DNA of 64,000 bases from Clostridia bacterium (GTDB taxonomy: Bacteria; Bacillota; Clostridia; Christensenellales; UBA1242): positions 72,786 through 136,785 of the forward strand of contig JAZNYK010000007.1 of the NCBI GenBank assembly GCA_045594425.1. The letters are read 5' to 3'. Shown piece after piece: positions 34,054 through 40,588 of this stretch (the first letter of the stretch is position 1; each line of letters starts with the position of its first letter). The notes beneath the pieces are model-generated. The model searched no databases. It was not told where the DNA came from and worked only from the letters and a program-made list of their open reading frames with translations. The translations under genes were made by a program, and so were the position numbers.

Positions 34054-36129
34054 TTATGCATTTGCTTCAAATTGACTAGGATGTTTTTTGAAAAAGTCAA
34101 ACTTTGCTTCAATATATTTTGGAGTATGTCCTTTTTTATTATCAAACCAATTATAAATTGGTTCATTAATTCTATCCCAACTAAACACAGAGTTATCCAC
34201 ACCAAAATATTCAGCAACATTTTCAGTTCCTTTTGGAGCAACCGAATGAAGCATAACCATCGCAACCTTGCAATAATGCAATGTGTTAACAATGCATTTT
34301 GCTTCTAACTCTTTATCTTCTTGATTAAAATTCTTTGTCCAATATTTATTAATATTTCTAAGGAAACTATCTAGTTCATACATACACATATGGAACTTAT
34401 TTTCCATCATACATTTTTCAAATTTCAAAATACTCATTTCACATTCAAGCAAAACTTCTTCATCAATTTCACCGTATGGAATTTTTCCATCAAAATCTTT
34501 TTGCCAAGTATAGAACAATGTTCGAAGTGACCTGTTAAACACATTTGTCAAAAGATTGCCATCCTTAACAACTGGGTCAACCTCATTAGGGTCAGCATCT
34601 GGATTATAAACCTTTGGATTAAATGAAGATGATGTATTTCCAACATTAAGTGCCAAAAAGTGTGCACGAAGTTGTTCATGAGTATAGTGGTTCAAAAGTT
34701 CATCCGCCATTGGTGGTTTGATTTGTCCTGAAGAACTTGCTTTATTTCCCATAAACAAAGAATGTTTGTTTACAATAAGTTGGCTTATTTGCAAGTTACC
34801 ACTTGGAGCATCAACCTTTGGCTCACCATCTTGAGTTGCAAGCCACATTGCGTGTTGTGCTGGACCATAGAAATAAACATTATCTTCACCAAGCACTTGA
34901 TAAACTTTTGCGTCTTTTTCGCACCAATATTTCTTCCATTCATCATCTGGCTTTCCAAGATGTTTTAAATATGTTCTTGTAAAAGAAATTGGAGCCCAAA
35001 GCGATTCTGGCCAAACATAAAATGTAAGCCCATCAAGTCCGTCCTTTTCTGGAACTGGAACCCCCCAAGACACATTTCCTGAAAGTCTAAATGGAACAAG
35101 AGTTTTTCCTGTTCTATACCTAATGCTACCTGCTTGAGTTGGTTCAATTTTGTCTTCTGGAGCAACTTCACTCTTTTCCCAAGAACCAAGTGCTTTTCCT
35201 GATAAAATTTCACACGCTTTTTCACGGTCTGTTAAATTTTCAAAAATAATAACAAAACTTGCTTTGCTTTTGTCTTCAACTTGAGTAAATGGAGGCAAAC
35301 TTGAAGCAACCTTTTCAAACTCATCCATAAGGTCTTTCTTGATATAAATTTCTGGTTTTTTCAAAAACTCTTTAATTTCTTTAGTAACAAAATCACGTGT
35401 AGGAGTTTCTTTTTCAAGTTTTTCAATCCATTCTTTTAATAGTTCAGTATAGTTTTGCAAATTAAAATACCAGTTTTCAATCTTTTTAAGTTCTGGCTTT
35501 GTTCCAGTAAGTGAAGACACTGGGTCTATAAGTTGTTCAGGAAGATATTGATGTCCAAGGTCACACTCATCAGCATATCCTTTTTCACTCTTACATCCAT
35601 CAATCGGGCACTTTCCAATAACTTGTCTGCCATTCAAAAAGCAATTTGCTTTAGCATCAAAAAATTGATATGTAGACATTTTTGAAAGTGTTCCATTTTT
35701 ATATAACTTTTCAAAAATCTCTTCGCTCACCTTTTTATGCATTTCGGCAGATTCACCAATAGCAGAACCTTGAAACCAATCTAAACCAATTTCATATTCT
35801 TTTAATGTGTTAATGTGTTTTTGGTTAAATTCGGCAACCATATCCTCAATGGTTCCAGTATAGCCACTTGCAACCTTTTTTCTATGTGTTTCAATTGATG
35901 GCGAGCCATAGCAATCAGTTCCTGAAACAAAAATAACATTATCCTTTCCAAGTTTGTCTTTTAAAAACCTAGCAAAAAAGTCTGCGTAAACAAACATGCC
36001 ACAAACGTGACCATAATGAAGTTCCTTATTACCATAAGGCATACCTGCAGTCACAACTGCACGTTTTGGAAATTTTGGTCTATTAGCCTTCATTCTCTCT
36101 AAAACTTCTTTCATTTTAGCAATATCCAT
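34054..36129 (-). CDS. metG: Methionine--tRNA ligase (long form, atypical KMSKS loop)
   Basis: Class I Rossmann N-terminus PYGNKELHYGH (HIGH-type), a zinc knuckle CPIDGCKSEKGYADECD, and a KMSKS-position loop reading GNKASSSG. ATG 36129 follows an AAGGAG SD. Confidence 0.85.
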   Translation of the reverse strand: MDIAKMKEVLERMKANRPKFPKRAVVTAGMPYGNKELHYGHVCGMFVYADFFARFLKDKLGKDNVIFVSGTDCYGSPSIETHRKKVASGYTGTIEDMVAEFNQKHINTLKEYEIGLDWFQGSAIGESAEMHKKVSEEIFEKLYKNGTLSKMSTYQFFDAKANCFLNGRQVIGKCPIDGCKSEKGYADECDLGHQYLPEQLIDPVSSLTGTKPELKKIENWYFNLQNYTELLKEWIEKLEKETPTRDFVTKEIKEFLKKPEIYIKKDLMDEFEKVASSLPPFTQVEDKSKASFVIIFENLTDREKACEILSGKALGSWEKSEVAPEDKIEPTQAGSIRYRTGKTLVPFRLSGNVSWGVPVPEKDGLDGLTFYVWPESLWAPISFTRTYLKHLGKPDDEWKKYWCEKDAKVYQVLGEDNVYFYGPAQHAMWLATQDGEPKVDAPSGNLQISQLIVNKHSLFMGNKASSSGQIKPPMADELLNHYTHEQLRAHFLALNVGNTSSSFNPKVYNPDADPNEVDPVVKDGNLLTNVFNRSLRTLFYTWQKDFDGKIPYGEIDEEVLLECEMSILKFEKCMMENKFHMCMYELDSFLRNINKYWTKNFNQEDKELEAKCIVNTLHYCKVAMVMLHSVAPKGTENVAEYFGVDNSVFSWDRINEPIYNWFDNKKGHTPKYIEAKFDFFKKHPSQFEANA

Positions 36130-36141
36130 AAAACTCTCCTT

Positions 36142-36179
36142 AAAACAAAAAAACATCAAGCGTTTGTTGCTTGATGTTT
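36142..36179 (-). terminator. Intrinsic terminator inside the metG 5' leader (attenuator)
   Basis: Minus-strand stem AAACATCAAGC-aacaaac-GCTTGATGTTT followed by TTTTTGTTTT, ending about 12 nt before the SD. Confidence 0.65.
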
Positions 36180-36206
36180 AAGTAAATTCACAAGCAACAA
36201 AAATGC

Positions 36207-36226
36207 CTGTGTGAAATTTCACACAG
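36207..36226. promoter_or_regulatory. Perfect 20-bp palindrome / upstream hairpin in the metG leader
   Basis: CTGTGTGAAATTTCACACAG: an 8-bp stem with a 4-nt loop as RNA, followed by GCAUUUUUG. Confidence 0.6.
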
Positions 36227-36228
36227 AA

Positions 36229-36267
36229 TTATCTTTGTTGTTGTCCTTTTACAAAAATATTTTTCAT
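36229..36267 (-). CDS. Candidate leaderless leader peptide MKNIFVKGQQQR in the metG leader
   Basis: ATG 36267 lies 6 nt after the -10 TAGAAT. The 12-codon ORF ends at a TAA (36231-36229) 2 nt before the palindrome hairpin. Speculative. Confidence 0.3.
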   Translation of the reverse strand: MKNIFVKGQQQR

Positions 36268-36273
36268 GGCTTT

Positions 36274-36303
36274 ATTCTACTCCACAGAACTAAACAATGT
36301 CAA
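36274..36303 (-). promoter_or_regulatory. Sigma-A promoter of metG (TTGACA-18-TAGAAT)
   Basis: The minus strand reads TTGACA (36303-36298), an 18-nt spacer, then TAGAAT (36279-36274). Confidence 0.6.
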
Positions 36304-36312
36304 TAATTTTTC

Positions 36313-37266
36313 TTAAATTTCCACAATATCAGCAATTTGCCTTGAATTAACCAACACAAGCAACTCTTCAGTTATGCCCTGAATCTTTTTTTCAATATTT
36401 GTTGATTGTTTCAAATATTCATGCACACCATCAAGTTTTTTCAATATTGATTGAATACTCTCTTGAACCGAAGAATTATAAATTGAAAGATTCTCCACTC
36501 TGTTAACAACAACATTTCCTGAAGAATTAAACATCATTGATTTATATTTTTCCACAATTCTTGGAGTCAATGAATTTGCATCGTTAATATTTTGAATTTC
36601 AGAAGTTCTTTTAAATGTGTTTGTTAAAAATTGACCATTGCTATACTCAAACATCATATAGGTTGCCGTTGAATCATCTTCATCAAACCCAACATTATTT
36701 CTAGACCTTTCAATAATCATATTAACCCAAACTGATTCAATCGCTGGATAATATTTAATTTCATAATAATACAAATCAAAAGTTTTTTCGTAACTGGCAC
36801 CAGTCATTCCGTTTATATCAAACAACGCATAAATCATATATGCATCATAATTTGTATATTCCTGTTTATCCACATAAAACTTTGAAAGTTTTTCTGCATA
36901 ACCAGATTTTCCATCCAAAACAACCTTGTCACTATAACACCATTTTTTCACTTCAAAATCAGATATTTTTGAAAAAACATCCAACATTTTCATTCCAGCA
37001 TAAACATAAGTATCATATTCTTCATAAAGATAATCATTTGTTTCTTCATCAACACTTGAATATGGCAAATTATTTAAACTTTGCTTTTTTGAGTGTTTAT
37101 CAAAATCATCAAAAGCAAACGCCAACACTTCGGCATCAGTTTTTTTAGTAGTTCCACCAGAACCGCCACCTGAACCATTTTCACTTTCATTGTTTTTGCA
37201 AGCAACAAAAATAAACGCAAATGGAATAATCAACATCATGCACAATACTTTTTTCAAAATTTTCAT
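36313..37266 (-). CDS. Lipoprotein of unknown function
   Basis: Signal peptide with lipobox (FIFVAC at Cys23) followed by a Gly/Ser linker. AGGAGA SD. Confidence 0.6.
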   Translation of the reverse strand: MKILKKVLCMMLIIPFAFIFVACKNNESENGSGGGSGGTTKKTDAEVLAFAFDDFDKHSKKQSLNNLPYSSVDEETNDYLYEEYDTYVYAGMKMLDVFSKISDFEVKKWCYSDKVVLDGKSGYAEKLSKFYVDKQEYTNYDAYMIYALFDINGMTGASYEKTFDLYYYEIKYYPAIESVWVNMIIERSRNNVGFDEDDSTATYMMFEYSNGQFLTNTFKRTSEIQNINDANSLTPRIVEKYKSMMFNSSGNVVVNRVENLSIYNSSVQESIQSILKKLDGVHEYLKQSTNIEKKIQGITEELLVLVNSRQIADIVEI

Positions 37267-37327
37267 AATATCTCCTAGTTGGCAACATTATACATCATTT
37301 ACCAAAAGACTAAAACAATTTAACACT

Positions 37328-37846
37328 CTATTCTTTTTCAAATATATCAAGCAACTTATCAGATAAATATTCACCTTCAAAAAGTTCAATTTTAAAAGCA
37401 GGTCTTTCATCTGTAACACTTTGCTCATAAAACTCATCAATCGGGTCAAGCATTGACGCAATATAATTATCTTGATTTCCACGATTTTTCATACGTTGTC
37501 TATATTCTTCAACACAAGATTTTGAATGATAAACCAAACAATATGGAATCCCCGCATTAAATAACATTTCAACCATCAAAGGGTTTGGTGCAAATAACAA
37601 AATTTTATCAGTTTCATTTAAAAACTTATGAGTTAGTGTTCGCATATACTCTGTCGAACCTTCTCTAACTGCCTTTCCTCTATTTCCTTTCAAATATTCC
37701 ATTTCTTCTACCGAAGCATCTTCAAGAGCATACTTAAATCTGGCTTTCATATCATCAAGGTCAACAAATCTGTCGTCAATTTTTGCTAGATATGATTTTC
37801 CCACTCCAGGGACACACACAAAAACTCTAATATCTTTTAATTCCAT
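37328..37846 (-). CDS. Small P-loop NTPase/kinase-like protein
   Basis: Walker A VPGVGKSY near the N-terminus; 172 aa. Family not resolved. Confidence 0.5.
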   Translation of the reverse strand: MELKDIRVFVCVPGVGKSYLAKIDDRFVDLDDMKARFKYALEDASVEEMEYLKGNRGKAVREGSTEYMRTLTHKFLNETDKILLFAPNPLMVEMLFNAGIPYCLVYHSKSCVEEYRQRMKNRGNQDNYIASMLDPIDEFYEQSVTDERPAFKIELFEGEYLSDKLLDIFEKE

Positions 37847-37856
37847 TTTGTCATCC

Positions 37857-38429
37857 TTACAATAAAATTTTCTCTATATCAGCCCAACTATCAACCCTTA
37901 TGGCACCTTCTTTTTTCAATGTTTCATCTGAAACATTTTTATTGTGATAAGCCGAAAACATCAACTTTAAACCAACATCGCCTTGCATATTGCTCAATTT
38001 ATCATCAATCTGAACATCCGCTCTAAAAAGATTTTTTGCACTAGTAAAAATAAATTTATTTGGGTCCAGAAATGGAAAGTTGTTTATCAAAAAATCATAT
38101 TTGTGCTTAAAAAATATCCCACTATCTTTTGGCATACAAAACATAACACAGGCCGAACAAATATAAATATCATAAACTTTGCTAAGTTTCTTTAAAACTG
38201 TTTTTGCACCCCTAAATATTCTTGAATTAGCATACATATCCTTGTTTTTTATCGATTCATAAAATCTTGCTTTGTTTGTTTCAGAACCAAGAACATCATC
38301 AATATAATATTCAGTAAAATCTTCCATTTTATAACTAGTTTTCAAAAAAGCATTAACTTCATCCAAAAAAGTTGGCTCACTAATAACTTCATCAACATCT
38401 ATAAGCAATGTTTTCTTAATTTTTTCCAT
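37857..38429 (-). CDS. HAD-superfamily 5'(3')-deoxyribonucleotidase (YorS/NT5C-like)
   Basis: DVDEV (DxDxV) motif. KYDFLINNFPFLDPNKFIFTSAKNLFRADVQIDD is colinear with B. subtilis YorS. Confidence 0.65.
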   Translation of the reverse strand: MEKIKKTLLIDVDEVISEPTFLDEVNAFLKTSYKMEDFTEYYIDDVLGSETNKARFYESIKNKDMYANSRIFRGAKTVLKKLSKVYDIYICSACVMFCMPKDSGIFFKHKYDFLINNFPFLDPNKFIFTSAKNLFRADVQIDDKLSNMQGDVGLKLMFSAYHNKNVSDETLKKEGAIRVDSWADIEKILL

Positions 38430-38432
38430 AAT

Positions 38433-39284
38433 CTATTCTTCCTTTAAACTTTCCCAAGTTTTTATATGATGCACACTTAAAACATAATCAATATCAACAA
38501 GTTCATCAAGTTTGCTTATTTCTGAATATAACACTTGTTTGCTTTCTTCTTGAAAGGACACCTTGTCACCTTCATTACTTGTCATCTCAACACCAAGAGC
38601 AATTGTTTTGTTATTATTTTTCGCATACACAAGTTCTTCTTTTGCAATATCAACAATCTGCTCTGCTGTATCCCTATAACTCATAACAAATGCACGGTTT
38701 GCATTATCTATCACATGAGCATAAACTGGCTTTGTTTTTCCGTCAACTTCAACAATATCATGTGCCCAAAACGGAATATCAAAATCAAATTTAACGCCTT
38801 CATTTTCCGACACAACCAAAGTCACAAACTCAACATATTTTTTCATAATTTCTGGTCTATCATCATCAAATTCATCAAGTTGATGAGGTTCAACATCCAA
38901 ATGCACACCCTCAAATGCAGCGGCTGGATAATTTTGTTGATACTCTTCATATTTATTCATAAGTCTGTCAAATCCAGATTTATCCAAAACCCACTCACAC
39001 TCACCCCAAAGAGCAAAAACCTTCATACCCTTTTGCTTTGCTTTTTCAACAAACTTTGAGGTATCTTTGTCCATTGAATAATCACAGTAATAAATTTCAT
39101 CAACACCATTATTTTTAGCAAATTCCAAATATCTGTCATCTGCTTTATCATCCCACCACCAAACACCAACAGTAGCATCTGTTTTAAGTGTTAATGCCTT
39201 GTTTTTAGGAATCAAAAAATAAACACCAATTCCTAGTGCCAAAACAAAAATACTAATAACAATAATAATTATTGTCTTTTTCAT
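38433..39284 (-). CDS. Membrane-anchored extracytoplasmic protein, TIM-barrel glycoside-hydrolase-like (tentative)
   Basis: An N-terminal TM anchor, then alternating beta/alpha-like segments with GVHLDVEP (a D-x-E motif as in GH18-like folds). Start at ATG 39284. Confidence 0.45.
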   Translation of the reverse strand: MKKTIIIIVISIFVLALGIGVYFLIPKNKALTLKTDATVGVWWWDDKADDRYLEFAKNNGVDEIYYCDYSMDKDTSKFVEKAKQKGMKVFALWGECEWVLDKSGFDRLMNKYEEYQQNYPAAAFEGVHLDVEPHQLDEFDDDRPEIMKKYVEFVTLVVSENEGVKFDFDIPFWAHDIVEVDGKTKPVYAHVIDNANRAFVMSYRDTAEQIVDIAKEELVYAKNNNKTIALGVEMTSNEGDKVSFQEESKQVLYSEISKLDELVDIDYVLSVHHIKTWESLKEE

Positions 39285-39296
39285 AATCACATTATA
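39284..39296 (-). promoter_or_regulatory. Extended -10 (TGaTATAAT) placed 6 nt from ATG: candidate leaderless start
   Basis: The minus strand reads TGATATAAT-GTGATT-ATG, with TATAAT at 39296-39291 and ATG at 39284. No SD. Confidence 0.45.
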
Positions 39297-39337
39297 TCAA
39301 AAATCAATTTTATACAAAACAAAAAACTATCATAAAG

Positions 39338-39372
39338 CAAAAAAAAGACACCTAAATTGGTGTCTTTTCTTT
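39338..39372 (-). terminator. Rho-independent terminator after tRNA-Leu
   Basis: Stem AAAGACACC/GGTGTCTTT (39344-39352 and 39359-39367) with a 6-nt loop and a U-run on the minus strand. Confidence 0.7.
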
Positions 39373-39456
39373 TGGTGCGAGGAAAGGGGGTCGAACCCTC
39401 ACTACTTTCGTAAGCCGCCCCTTAAACGACCGCGTCTGCCATTCCGCCATCCTCGC
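39373..39456 (-). tRNA. tRNA-Leu, type II, anticodon AAG by manual fold
   Basis: GCGAGGATGGCGGAATGGCAGACGC-G-GTCGT-TTAAGGG-GCGGC-TTACGAAAGTAGT-GAGGG-TTCGACC-CCCTT-TCCTCGC-A-CCA. A73 and the long variable arm indicate Leu. The only consistent anticodon stem gives the loop UUAAGGG. Confidence 0.8.
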
Positions 39457-39570
39457 AAAGGGAGTTGTAATTTTTTCAAATTACGACACTAGTATAATCT
39501 CAAAAATTAAATTTGTCTAGTATTTTTTCAAAAAAATTTAATTTTCTATAATTTCCCTAACGATTATTTA

Positions 39571-39942
39571 TTACACAAGTTTAAAAACAACAGCCATAAT
39601 GCCGTATTTTTCAATAACTTCAAAGTTTTCATTAGACAAAAAGATATCTGATGCTTTTTCAACTGTGGCACTTGGTTTAAAACCACACTTCTCTTTTCCA
39701 AGAGTTTCAACTGCTTCTTTAACATCAGTAAAATAAAGCAAGTTTTCAATTTCAACCTTTTGAGTTTCCTTTTCATCATTAACATCTGCAGTTTCCTCAA
39801 GTTTTTTAACAAATGTCAATTGATTGCCAACAGCATAATCTTTGTGTTTTTTGTCATTAATAACAAGTTGAATTGTTTTTTTGCCAGCAATAACCTTTTC
39901 AAAAACATCACTTTCAACGACAAATTTATAAATATCTTCCAT
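39571..39942 (-). CDS. ASCH (PUA-like) domain protein
   Basis: The N-terminal FEKVIAGKKTIQL...VGNQLTF pattern and 123-aa size are typical of ASCH domains. Confidence 0.55.
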   Translation of the reverse strand: MEDIYKFVVESDVFEKVIAGKKTIQLVINDKKHKDYAVGNQLTFVKKLEETADVNDEKETQKVEIENLLYFTDVKEAVETLGKEKCGFKPSATVEKASDIFLSNENFEVIEKYGIMAVVFKLV

Positions 39943-40020
39943 ATAAAACCTATCCTTATAATTCTCTACTTCTTCATTATAAAAACAAATTATTATATTG
40001 TCAAGAAAGTGTTTTAAACA

Positions 40021-40554
40021 CTAGACACAAATTTCATGAATTTTATACACCCTCCAAAAACCCCTTACTCTTTTTAAATATTTTTTTGTTTCTGAATACG
40101 CAATTTTTGATTCATTTAATTTTCCACTTTCATCAAGCCAGCCTCTAACAACCGTTTCACCTGCATTGTATGCACAAATCACAGCATCAATATCAGAAAA
40201 TTTTTGTTTTAAATAGTTCAAATAAAAACAACCAAACTCAACGTTTGTTTTAGGGTCATACAATTCATCAAGAACAAACGCATCTTTTCCAAGTTCTTTT
40301 GCTATCCACTTTCCGGTTGATGGCAAAATTTGCATTAAACCAATTGCACCAGAACTTGAAATAGCAGCATCATCAAAATCACTTTCTGCTTTAATAACAG
40401 CATAAACAAGTGCTCTATCAATATCATATTTTTCCGCACTATGCAAAACATATCCATCATACTTTGTTGGATAAATTAAAAAATTAAACACAACAAAAAA
40501 TATTACAGAAAAAATACATATAACAGAAAAGAGAATCAAAACTTTTTTTCTCAT
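40021..40554 (-). CDS. Membrane-anchored lytic transglycosylase (SLT domain)
   Basis: AVIKAESDFDDAAISSSGAIGLMQILPSTG with the catalytic Glu-Ser and a downstream AYNAG motif. N-terminal TM helix. Confidence 0.85.
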   Translation of the reverse strand: MRKKVLILFSVICIFSVIFFVVFNFLIYPTKYDGYVLHSAEKYDIDRALVYAVIKAESDFDDAAISSSGAIGLMQILPSTGKWIAKELGKDAFVLDELYDPKTNVEFGCFYLNYLKQKFSDIDAVICAYNAGETVVRGWLDESGKLNESKIAYSETKKYLKRVRGFWRVYKIHEICV

Positions 40555-40566
40555 AATTCTATTATA
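40554..40566 (-). promoter_or_regulatory. TATAAT placed 6 nt from ATG: candidate leaderless start of the SLT gene
   Basis: The minus strand reads TATAAT-AGAATT-ATG, with TATAAT at 40566-40561 and ATG at 40554. No SD. The -35 region would lie in the polA 3' end and is weak. Confidence 0.35.
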
Positions 40567-40588
40567 TGCATTTTCTTAGTTTTTAAAA

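Noticed and set aside
36142-36303. metG leader considered as a T-box or S-box riboswitch.
   Set aside because: About 110 nt from predicted start site to SD is too short for a T-box. It also lacks the GGTGGTACC core that is obvious in the pheST leader of the same window. It is reported instead as an unclassified attenuator.
36313-39456. Possible genomic island integrated at the 3' end of tRNA-Leu.
   Set aside because: No integrase or recombinase gene is present. I could find no direct repeat of the tRNA 3' end (GGGTTCGACCCCCTTTCCTCGCACCA) at the distal boundary near 36160-36320, and no phage or transfer genes. The block is kept only as a low-key finding on its gene content.
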